52,318 nucleotides of DNA from NCBI GenBank assembly GCA_019058275.1, contig JAHLVW010000022.1, positions 1-52,318 on the forward strand, written 5' to 3'. Below, piece after piece: positions 43,329-52,318 of the stretch. The notes under the pieces are model-generated. The model saw only the letters and a program-made list of their open reading frames with translations. It did not search any database and had not been told where the DNA came from. A program made the translations under genes and the position numbers. This stretch comes from Candidatus Heimdallarchaeota archaeon (lineage in GTDB: Archaea; Asgardarchaeota; Heimdallarchaeia; JABLTI01). Positions within the stretch are counted from its first letter, which is position 1. Each line of letters begins with the position of its first letter.

Positions 43329-43370
43329 TGTCATTAATATGACATTTAATGTCATTATAACGACATTAAA
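43329..43370. promoter_or_regulatory. Tandem palindromic operators (TGTC-N8-GACA x2)
   Basis: TGTCAT-TAAT-ATGACA at 43329-43344 and TTTAATGTC-ATTATAAC-GACATTAAA at 43345-43370. Confidence 0.75.
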
Positions 43371-43413
43371 ATATATTAACTTTTCCATAATTAAGATAAA
43401 GTAATAAAAATGC

Positions 43414-43477
43414 AACGGATATTAAAATATAAGATAGAATAGCACCAGATATTATATAATGTCTTTTAATATCCGTT
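43414..43477. repeat. Perfect 14-bp inverted repeat with 36-nt spacer
   Basis: AACGGATATTAAAA (43414-43427) and TTTTAATATCCGTT (43464-43477). Confidence 0.8.
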
Positions 43478-43528
43478 TAAAAGCAAATAAATTCTAATTT
43501 ACATTAGAATTAAATCGAGTGTCCTAAT

Positions 43529-44203
43529 ATGAACAATAAGAAAAAGAAAGAGTCCCGTGAAACCTTTGATTACATCACCCATAAACCTGAACCGATAAAA
43601 TTCCTAACAAAAAAGGATATGAAAATTGTTGATGATCATTATGAGATTATTGGAGCTCTTCGAAAGAAAAGTATGACTGTGAAAGATATACGCGAGCTTT
43701 TCTATGATAGAGATAAAAAAGAATACAGTTATACTATTAAAACCATTTATCGACATATTGAAAAATTACAAAAATATGAGCTTGTACAAGAAGTAGGATA
43801 TAGAATAACCAAAGGCACTCGATTATGTGAAAAATTATATTCCAGGACAGCAAATCTCTTTTTCCAGGAATTTATTGAAAGCGAGTCTGAATGGTGGAAT
43901 ACTGAAGAAGGAAAAAAGTATGCAGAAAATTTAGCTATAATATTAGGGGAATTATTTCAAGTAACAAAATTCGATAAGTATTGCTATCATGATGTTTTTA
44001 AACAATTTTATGAGCAAAAATACAAAGTGACAGTTGAGCTACTTGAAAAGATTAAGGATAATGAAAAAATTGCAAATATTTATTCTAATATTCATATAGA
44101 TAAAGTGAATAAATTAAATGAAACTATCACAATATTGGTTGCTCTTTTGCGAGAACCCAAATTATTCGAATATTTGCAACATTTATTCACAAAGAAAAAA
44201 TAA
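43529..44203 (+). CDS. Winged-helix transcriptional regulator
   Basis: IIGALRKKSMTVKDI...TIYRHIEKLQKYELV..VGYR...EKLYSRTA; divergent from the AKR operon. Confidence 0.8.
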   Translation: MNNKKKKESRETFDYITHKPEPIKFLTKKDMKIVDDHYEIIGALRKKSMTVKDIRELFYDRDKKEYSYTIKTIYRHIEKLQKYELVQEVGYRITKGTRLCEKLYSRTANLFFQEFIESESEWWNTEEGKKYAENLAIILGELFQVTKFDKYCYHDVFKQFYEQKYKVTVELLEKIKDNEKIANIYSNIHIDKVNKLNETITILVALLREPKLFEYLQHLFTKKK

Positions 44204-44298
44204 TCCATCAAATTTTAGTAATTGGTTGTTTAATATTCTTAAAAAATTGATTTTTATGTTTTAGCAATAAAACAAAGATTATTCTACTTATCAAAAAA

Positions 44299-44406
44299 AT
44301 GAATGCAAAGCTTAATGTAAATTATGCATTAATAGCAGCTGTTGCAGGATTATCTTCCATTTCTGTTTTAACGATAATTGTCAAGAGAAGAAAGCGAATT
44401 CATTAG
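44299..44406 (+). CDS. 35-aa orphan TM + basic-tail peptide (isolated C-terminal anchor)
   Basis: MNAKLNVNYALIAAVAGLSSISVLTIIVKRRKRIH; below the ORF-track cutoff. Confidence 0.45.
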   Translation: MNAKLNVNYALIAAVAGLSSISVLTIIVKRRKRIH

Positions 44407-44523
44407 ATTTCTCTTTCTTTTTCCATTCGCAAAATGAAAATACTTCTAATTTTGCAGGATTTTTCAAGGATAGTTTTTGTTGATATTAAACCTCGTTTAA
44501 CGTAGGTGCGTCCTCTATATCTT

Positions 44524-45009
44524 TTAAGCACAATATTTTTCAATTTCTTCTAAAACATTCAAATCTAAACTAAGTGCGAGCCATCCAACATATTCAATTA
44601 GATTATCTAACAAGCTCCAGTCTATTTGCGAAATTTTTTGAAGAATTTCTGCATTAGCATTTCAAAATAATTCAATAATGAGCTTATTTTTTCCAGAATC
44701 AAGTTTGGAAATTAATTCCTTAATGCCTTTATCTGATTTAATTTTATCTTTAAACTTTTGTTCGAGAAGTGATATAATAATCTCATGAAATAATTGGGAA
44801 TGTTTACCTTCTAATTTCTAACTTATTACTCAAGACGATTTTCTTTCTTTAATCTAGAAACAGCAACATAACTTTGATTCATTGCACGAGGAAGAATAAA
44901 AAAAAGCACAAGAAAAATGATTCCCAAAACGAAAAGTAAAGATCCAAAGTAATAAGCAAAAAAGGCATTATCACCTGGAATTAATAAGACATACAAGTAG
45001 TAATCTTGG
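44524..45009 (-). pseudogene. Remnant of a membrane + helical-repeat protein
   Basis: TM segment (ORF 44826-45038) then an interrupted frame EGKHSQLF…IIELF*NANAEIL…EKYCA. Confidence 0.5.
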
Positions 45010-45282
45010 TCAACAACCTCCTCCCCCACAGAAGACATCGAAATTTAAGTGGTGGAAATTATTCACTTGGCCCTTCATTTGTCTTGGAACATTACTAACA
45101 GGTTGCTGTGAATGTTGTTGTGGAAGTTGCTGTGATTCAGGAAGTAGCTCATCATTAAAAGAGGAACTTGCAGAGGAAGCTGTTGAAAAGGTAGTTGATA
45201 GCTTCTTTGGCGATTGAAGTAATAAATAAATGTAAGAAGCGAAATCCGCTTCTTCAATTCGTTTGATAATTACTACTACCAT
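45010..45282 (-). CDS. Small protein resembling selenoprotein K (SelK/SelG family), ending CGGGGC-TGA
   Basis: Hydrophobic FASYIYLLLQS, disordered S/Q/P linker, NVPRQMKGQVN..HL, Gly-rich Cys terminus; by-eye similarity only. Confidence 0.5.
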   Translation of the reverse strand: MVVVIIKRIEEADFASYIYLLLQSPKKLSTTFSTASSASSSFNDELLPESQQLPQQHSQQPVSNVPRQMKGQVNNFHHLNFDVFCGGGGC

Positions 45283-45513
45283 TTTTTACTGTCCATAACA
45301 CTACGTTGAGTTTCATTTTCTTCAAGTTTTCTAAAGACAAATAAGTATTCGAAAGCAAACAGAAGAAAATCACTTTTTATTGATTGATTTTGTCATAAAT
45401 GTTCAGTTTTATTATTATTATACTGGACTTTCTCTTTTCCTACAAAAGATACAATAACGCTAATCCTCTATAGTATTTAGATTGATTTCAATCTATTACA
45501 CGAAGGGATTTAC

Positions 45514-47945
45514 ATGAAGAAGAGGAGTAGTCTTTTCTTAATAATGATTATATTAGTGAGCTTAGGAGTAGGAATAAGAGGTATCGCTGCAGATACTGAT
45601 ACCCTACTAGACAGTAATAATCTCTCTTCTATGAGTAGCATAACAGGGGATGTCACTTTTCCATTCCCAAAAACTCTGAAATTGAGTGGAGATAATTACT
45701 GGAATATGACTGATTTGTTGGATGTTAATGAAACGTTAGATAACATTCCATCCTTTACTAAAAGTGGTATAACAGCCTATACTGGCAATGATCTTGTGCC
45801 ACAAATAAGTGCAAACAGGTATCTTGTCAATGTAACGCTAATCAATGCAACAATCTATGATGATCATGATATTATTGGTGAAGGAGAAATTTACTTCAAT
45901 GTAACAATAAATGGAAACTTTACAGAAACTGAAAGGTATGGAGCCAATAATGATGAAACACTTGATCTGAATCTAGGTGTTTTCAACTATTGGTGTCTAA
46001 CATTAGATATTAATGTTGAAGTGTGGGATGATGATACATTTCCAGATCCTGATGATGCGTTGGGAGTTTATTCTAATAATATAGGAACCCCGACATCTCA
46101 AAACATTTCAGGTCTAACAGATATTGGTGATGCTAAGGTTTGGCTCGAGATAGAAGTATTAGATACAGCAGCAGGAGTAACAGCTGACTTTTTAGCTGAT
46201 GGATGCAAACCTTATCTATACTTTACCGATGAAACAACCCAAACAGAAGAAGCAGATGAAGTGTTTGCTCGAGTATTAGCAGGTAATGATCCTGTAAAAG
46301 GGAAAACAGTGCTCTGCATACAATACATCTACTACTGGGGATCAGAGTATTTCCCAACACCAATAAATATCCAATTCCATGAAGATGATTATGAGGAGTT
46401 CTTGATATTCATTGATCCAAATGATTGGACGAACCCCTATAGGTATGTCTTCGATGATGGCAGTTATGTTTCGAATACTCGGTCGCAAAGGATAGCCATC
46501 TGGGAGAATTCACCAACGTCATCAATATTGGATACAGAAGCTTATGTCTCAGAGGAACTGACACCTTTACTAGGAGATAATTATACAGCTTCATACAAGA
46601 TTTTCAATTTGGATGAAGCAACACAGGAAAATCGTTCGGGACTAAGTGGAATAACAACAATGAATATTTTGGTACAAAGCTCATTCCACAACTTCCAAGA
46701 AGGACCACCGGGATTACTGGATTTTGTAACTACTGAGTTAGGATATGGATATTCAATTGATGAATTAAATGATTCAATAATAAAAGAATTCTATCAAAGA
46801 CACTACCATGCATTTGAAGAAGGATTGTGGTTTATATCATTCTTAGGAGTAGATACACCAAAAGTCAATCCATTCACGTTTGATGTAATGGGAACATTCG
46901 CATTCCCATACTTAACAAATGCCTATCCAAATGTGGTAGACGATATTGACCGATTCCAAAAAGCGAACAAGAATTTCGTCAACTATGAATATGAACTAGA
47001 GTTAACGACAGCCTTGTTACTGAAAGCAAGGTATACGATCACTGCTCCGGACGCTGTCAATCCAGGAGATGAATTCGATGCTACGATAGAAGTGGAAATA
47101 CTAGAGGATGAAACAGAAATAGCTTTGATTTACATTTCTTCCTCAATGGAACGATAAAAGCACTATTCTTGGATAAGAACTTCCTATTTGATTACGAAGG
47201 AAAAGTAGGTGTAAATATACCAATAGGAACGATAGGTAATATCTTGTCATTGCTAGGATTCAATCCTTACGAACAAGAGGATGTAGATGTTGATGATGCA
47301 GGATACTTGACTCTTAATCAATTTTCATTATCAGCAACACTACTAGGAAACATCATGGAAGCAGACCTATCATTGCACTTCTGGGAAATAATCAAAGGAG
47401 AATTACCAAAATACTATCCAGTGACATATGGACCACTGAACATTCTGGACTACTTTATGGAAGGTATAGACCTAAGCATGGGAGCAAGTTTAGATGGATT
47501 CGTCAATGGAACAATATCATCAAGTGATGAAGCAATAGCGAACGTAACCACTGACAGCTTTGAGTTTGATGGAACGACAACATCAACAACAAGCCATGTA
47601 GCGATCAATGAAGCAATAACAACAAACGAAACATTTGAAATAACATTAGGAGATTTGGCTTTTGCCTTCAGTTTCTTGGCAGATTGGATATTTGATATAG
47701 AATTCAATGACATCATTGCCTTACTAGCACCTGAATATGGACATATGACCTTTGATTTAGGAACATTTCCAGATGTAACATGGACATCTGATGATAGCTA
47801 TAAGCTTGCAACAACATCAGTTTCAAAGGAAGTAGCTGTGCTCGTTGGAGTAACATTAACAAGCGGTCCAAATATCATTATTGTCACAACGACAATTATT
47901 GGAAGTTTAATTGCACTGACTTTTATCAGACGATATAAGAAGTAA
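45514..47945 (+). pseudogene. Surface protein: signal peptide, C2-like domain, NPP1/Vps62-like motif, C-terminal TM; frameshift near 47134
   Basis: VEVWDDDTFPDPDDALG; IQYIYYW...FHEDDYEEF. Adding one base joins ALIY-x-FFLNGTIKALFLDKNF. Tail IRRYKK. Confidence 0.75.
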
Positions 47946-48126
47946 ATTTCACTTCTTTTTCTCTCTTTTTTAATCAACATTGATTAGAGTATCAATATCA
48001 AGTCTGATTAGCATTTTGCATAATGGGGAATATTCTTGTAAAGAGCAAGTAATTTTAATGAGTTGGAGAGTTCTAATGACAAAAAGGCATCAAAAATAGA
48101 AACAGAAATAGTTACCTTTGTTTTTC

Positions 48127-48870
48127 CTAATTGTAGGAATCAACTAAGCATTTTACATAGACCGGACGAATAATTGAAACCACTGGAAAAATTGCTTCTA
48201 ATGCTATACTATTTAATAGTAAATGATGGAAATCATGGGTTACAAATATTCCTTTCTTATCCTTCTCTTTGAGAAAATTAATAAAAATAGAGAGAATTTC
48301 AGCATCTGATTTATTACTAACAGATTTTTCAACTTCAAATCTTATTTTTTCTATTTCTTCTTTTGCTTTTTCTTCATTGGAAATTATTAATCTTTGAATT
48401 TCATAATCCTTAATATAATTAGCAAATTCACCAACTAATCTAATATTTATTTCATTGAAAACATCAATACAGTTTTGCAATACATCGATTATTGATAATT
48501 TGTTTGAAGCCTCTTTCAATATTAATCCCTCAATAAAAAACAAACGATTGCGTAAATCACGTTTTTTCTCAGCAAAAATTTTGTGATCCATGATTTTCCT
48601 AAATTCTAGAATATTATTCTTATCAAAAGATCCTTTCATATCTTTTATCTCATTGTATATTTCCACAAATTTTGTGTTAATTTTATTTGATATTTTGTCA
48701 ACATTTTTAGAGATCTCATCAAAAATTATGTCAGGACATACAATTTTAGCTTTTTTTCTTTTAACTAATTTCAAAGCTTCTTTTAGTGATTCTTCTACTA
48801 CAGCTTTCCAAATGTCTAAAGGAAAAATTAATGCCAAGAAAATGTTCGTATCAAATAAAATGTAAATCAA
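48127..48870 (-). CDS. PIN-domain protein
   Basis: ILFDTNIF, IFDEI, SDAEIL, FVTHD.HHL; long helical insertion. Confidence 0.8.
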   Translation of the reverse strand: MIYILFDTNIFLALIFPLDIWKAVVEESLKEALKLVKRKKAKIVCPDIIFDEISKNVDKISNKINTKFVEIYNEIKDMKGSFDKNNILEFRKIMDHKIFAEKKRDLRNRLFFIEGLILKEASNKLSIIDVLQNCIDVFNEINIRLVGEFANYIKDYEIQRLIISNEEKAKEEIEKIRFEVEKSVSNKSDAEILSIFINFLKEKDKKGIFVTHDFHHLLLNSIALEAIFPVVSIIRPVYVKCLVDSYN

Positions 48871-48896
48871 ATTGTTTAGCTTGCCCCCAAAAATTC

Positions 48897-49913
48897 CTAA
48901 ATATCGTGGATTAATCTAGAAATTAGATACATTTTCTCTTCGTCCTTTTCTTCATAATTATTTGAGAAAGTGAAAGGTACATCTTTCTTTCTTTCTCTAG
49001 AAATTTTAATTAACTCAAAATGCAATTCCATAGAAGCTTTATTCAAATCATTGAGAATATCTTCAAAATGAATATTATCCAAATTCTCATTTGAATATAC
49101 TTCTTTTGGTTTAAATAATTCATCAATGGTTTTTGAAGACCATATATCCATAAATAGATCTAATTCAACTAGTTTAAGAAGCAATTTATATTGTTTAATA
49201 TCAAGTTTTATGATACGAGCAAAAACAGCTTTTGTGTCTTTTTTGAAATGACTTATACTACCTCTACCAGATAATATGCGTCTTAGCTCAGCTAAAACAT
49301 TATTCAGTTCCGATTTTAAATAGTGAAAATAGCTTATCATAACATTAATGGTTTTACTTATATAAGTCATAAACTTTGGATTCAACATTGATTCTAAGAA
49401 CGTTTTTCCATATTTACGTCTAATTGTATAAAGCGTCTCTTCTATTACATCAAAACTTTCGTTGATATGGCTTCGATAGTTTTTGATTAATGTTTTTAAA
49501 ATTGATTTTTTGTCTTTATTAATTGCTATCTCTATCCCTCGATTTAGTTTTAACTGTTCAATTAATAATTTATCTTTTCCAGTTAACTCCAAACCTTCAT
49601 CTCTAACCTTATTAATTAGCTTATCAAATACTTTGTTAATTTCATCTATCCATTTATTGTATACATCATCATAAGTAAACCAAGATGGAATTTTAATTGT
49701 TTTAAATACCTTCTTCCCAATACCTGCCATATTCTCCTTTAGAGTTTCAAGGATTTCAATACTAAGTTTTTTTAATACTTCTTCATCATAAGTAGATTCA
49801 TCTATTTCATAGGTTTCTGTGGGATAAAAAATTGTACCTAAAGGAATAGAAGATGTAATAGCTTTAGGTAATGTTCCTTTTTCCAAAGTATTGGATCCAA
49901 TAACTGTAGCCAT
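48897..49913 (-). CDS. Hypothetical all-helical protein, co-oriented upstream of PIN
   Basis: 338-aa ORF, 26-nt gap to the PIN gene; no motif recognised. Confidence 0.75.
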   Translation of the reverse strand: MATVIGSNTLEKGTLPKAITSSIPLGTIFYPTETYEIDESTYDEEVLKKLSIEILETLKENMAGIGKKVFKTIKIPSWFTYDDVYNKWIDEINKVFDKLINKVRDEGLELTGKDKLLIEQLKLNRGIEIAINKDKKSILKTLIKNYRSHINESFDVIEETLYTIRRKYGKTFLESMLNPKFMTYISKTINVMISYFHYLKSELNNVLAELRRILSGRGSISHFKKDTKAVFARIIKLDIKQYKLLLKLVELDLFMDIWSSKTIDELFKPKEVYSNENLDNIHFEDILNDLNKASMELHFELIKISRERKKDVPFTFSNNYEEKDEEKMYLISRLIHDI

Positions 49914-50296
49914 TTTAATACACTCAAATAATTTAGATTTAATCTTATAAACCTCAGGATTTTCAAGTTGGGATATAGTTATAATTTTATTATTTTAATA
50001 CTTTTATGGTAGATTCAAATTGCTGTATATTTAGTAATATCTTATTTTGGAGAGAATCTCTTAACATAATGTAAAATATTGAATATGTATTTTATTATAA
50101 ATATGCTTCAGAATTAGGTGAATTATTTAAACCCAATCTTTCCTCATATAATATTGTAACTATGAATGAATAAAAGTCTATTGAACTTTAAAAGGATAAT
50201 TCAGGACCATTTTTTTTTAGTTCTCTTTATTATTGTCCTCAACATGAATTATGTTTATATTTTGGGAGATTTTTACTTTAATATTGAATTGATGTT

Positions 50297-51205
50297 TTGT
50301 TGAGAAAAGTATCGTATGTTTTTCCCAATGTTTCAGATATAAGGCAAAGAGGGAGTTTATATGATAGATGGATATTAGCAGAAAAATATAATTGTGACTA
50401 TATTGAAGTTCCTGCTGATTTTATAAAAAATAAAACTGAAATTCAAAAAACAGGATTAGGAATATGTGAATTTTTAGATAAAAAAGCAATTGCTACATTA
50501 TATCAGGACTTCCAATAGTAGAAAGCCATTTAACTATATTTTACATAGTGACCCTTCTTTGCCTAGAAAAGACGAATTGGGAATTCAAATCAAGCAAAGC
50601 TAAAATGGTATGACAATAAATGGGTTGATAAATTCATTAGAATGCTACAATCAATTTCGGAATTCTTTGATTCAACTCCTTATGGAATTGAAATTCATCC
50701 AGGTGACAAAAGGAACACACTAAGAGATTTGTTAAATTCAAGTAAGAAAATTATTGTTCAATTTGAAGCGATTTTTGGTAAGAAACCGTTGATCTTGATT
50801 GAAAATAGAACTGGACAATTTATAGAAAATGGTCTAAATATTTGCAAATTTATGAATTTATTAAAGTGAGAAGAAGATGAATACAAAGAAAAAATAAATT
50901 TTGTTTTAGATGTACAACAACTTTATACATCAACAAAGAAGAATTTTGAAGATCATTTATTCATGCTTCCAATTAAACACATCAAAGCTTTTCACATTCA
51001 TTATAAACATCGAATGCCAGATTTGTCAAATGAAATACCATGGAAAAAAGTTTTTAGCTTAATAAAAAAAATTGAAGAAAATATCATTATTAATCCAGAA
51101 ATACACCATAAAAATAAAGTTGAAGATACCATAGGATTTTGCAATAAGATGTTACCAAATACTAAAGAATTTCTACCTCAGAAAAGTATAAATGATTTTC
51201 TATGA
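50297..51205 (+). pseudogene. Xylose-isomerase / AP-endonuclease-2-like TIM-barrel protein, disrupted
   Basis: YIEVP, ILHSD, EIHPG, LIENR, VLDVQQ, FHIH, NPEIH spread over two frameshifts and an in-frame TGA at 50867. Confidence 0.7.
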
Positions 51206-51398
51206 TCGATATAGTCAAAGAGTTAGAAGAAATCAAGAATCTAAAAGAAAAAAAAGAAGTAGACCAGAAGAAAAAACAAAGTAATAAATAACTAATGACA
51301 TTTGGAACAGCAACCACATAGAGAGGATTCTTCCTTCTTCGTTGAATCAGAACCGCTACAGCAATATTCACAAAAAAAGAAAATAAAAAAATTATGTA

Positions 51399-52160
51399 TT
51401 ATCTATTCAAATTATTATGCGTTTTTTCAATTATTTTAAGTTCTGTAGCCTTTGAATGTTTTTCAGAAACATAATTATATGATAGAAATTTGACACGATT
51501 TCTTATAGGCTCAAATACAGGTCTAGATATTTTATTAATAAAATTTCCTTTTCTCACATTGGAAGAAATTATGAACATTTTTACATTAAAATCTCTTAAT
51601 TCCATGAATTTCAAGAGTGAACTTCTAAAATCTGTAGTGTGATCGATTTCAAAAATTGAATCTGGAAGTTTTCTCTTATTAAACCAAAAAACATCTATGT
51701 ATTTTACAATTTGAATTATGTCGTTATGAGTGAAATCCAATATAGTATTAAAATCAATTATTTCTTTTAAATAGACTGCTTTAGCAGGAAATATCTTATT
51801 ATGATCTTGTGGAGGAATATAGGTTTTGAACCCCTCCATTTTACCAATTTCAACTATTAGACCTTGATAAAGAGAATGTACAGAAACATTAACTTTCTCT
51901 GGTTTGATTTTATTTTTTTCAATTAAATTTGTTACTTCTGCTGGTAATCTGTTTTGATGGGATTTCAAAGCCCATAAACCAGGTTTAATTTTGAAAAAAT
52001 ATTTTTCATTTTGTACAATTCGTCGAATAGATGCAAAAGGTGTTTTTGTCTTCCATATAACATTAGGAATTATTAGTGCATTTTCGTATAAGTAACTCAA
52101 AGTTGCATATCCGTTATTTTCTTCCATTACTTTAATTACTACTTCACGTTGATTCATCAT
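51399..52160 (-). CDS. N-terminal HTH (HARE-HTH-like) + restriction-endonuclease-like domain protein
   Basis: GYATLSYLY..WKTKTPFASIRRIVQ; HS.YQG...EIG...GF.TYIP, IDVFWF, FEIDHTT. Confidence 0.7.
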   Translation of the reverse strand: MMNQREVVIKVMEENNGYATLSYLYENALIIPNVIWKTKTPFASIRRIVQNEKYFFKIKPGLWALKSHQNRLPAEVTNLIEKNKIKPEKVNVSVHSLYQGLIVEIGKMEGFKTYIPPQDHNKIFPAKAVYLKEIIDFNTILDFTHNDIIQIVKYIDVFWFNKRKLPDSIFEIDHTTDFRSSLLKFMELRDFNVKMFIISSNVRKGNFINKISRPVFEPIRNRVKFLSYNYVSEKHSKATELKIIEKTHNNLNR

Positions 52161-52303
52161 CTAATCCCTAAACCTGTTAATAGTAACATTAATCTTAATA
52201 TGATCAATAAAATTATCGTTGCTTAAGAAAGCTAAATTTATTTATCTGAAGATGTTTGAAATTAATAAATCAACTCATTTTTTATTATGTGGAGGAGATT
52301 AAT

Positions 52304-52318
52304 ATGGAAAAGGTTGCA
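52304..52318 (+). CDS. Start of next gene (partial)
   Basis: SD GGAGGA then ATG GAA AAG GTT GCA at the window edge. Confidence 0.5.

Noticed and set aside
592-48865. Numerous 60-137 aa ORFs antisense or out of frame to long genes (e.g. 592-810, 1852-2169, 36383-36730, 41240-41653, 42556-42873, 48590-48865)
   Set aside because: Shadow ORFs of well-supported genes with no motifs of their own.
34660-50869. In-frame TGA codons (34660, about 44667, 50867) as genome-wide stop recoding or selenocysteine
   Set aside because: TGA terminates clearly intact genes (11538, 13977, 21530). These sites lie in otherwise disrupted genes and not at Cys-like positions.
51202-51291. 29-aa Lys/Glu-rich ORF overlapping the TIM-barrel stop (ATGA)
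   Set aside because: Too short and low-complexity to support; probably a fragment.
1-52318. tRNA, rRNA, CRISPR array, transposase, integrase
   Set aside because: No GC-rich structured RNA, regularly spaced repeat or recognisable mobile-element motif seen by eye; very short elements could be missed.

Overview
AT-rich prokaryotic window, most likely archaeal and resembling Asgard/Heimdallarchaeia. This assignment is inference from TATA-like boxes, GGAGG/GGTGA-type SD sites, a JAMM protein, a COG1751-like protein, and many sequon-rich surface proteins with a C-terminal TM helix and basic tail; no rRNA or marker gene is present. Contents in order: (1) a cell-surface protein repertoire: three tandem LVIVD/FN3 paralogues, three FG-GAP propeller proteins (two complete, with TSP3-type stalks), an LVIVD-TSP3 protein and a C2 plus NPP1/Vps62-like protein; (2) an Ntn asparaginase, a flavin reductase and a heterodimeric ABC exporter; (3) a tandemly duplicated DegV(FakB)/PlsY-like cassette with altered catalytic residues and a shared operator-like palindrome; (4) a zeta/beta carbonic-anhydrase-like protein, a Cys-rich peptide beside a CPBP protease, a serine hydrolase, an SRPBCC protein, a PC4-like protein and a JAB protease; (5) an oxidoreductase island (five aldo/keto reductases, flavodoxin-like protein, SDR) with a divergent winged-helix regulator and palindromic operators; (6) a 90-aa ORF resembling eukaryotic selenoprotein K; (7) a very AT-rich, defence-like end (PIN, TIM-barrel pseudogene, HTH plus REase-like). 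Several genes carry 1-nt frameshifts, which may be assembly errors or decay. No CRISPR array, tRNA, rRNA, transposase or integrase was recognised. All family calls are by-eye motif recognition, not database searches.
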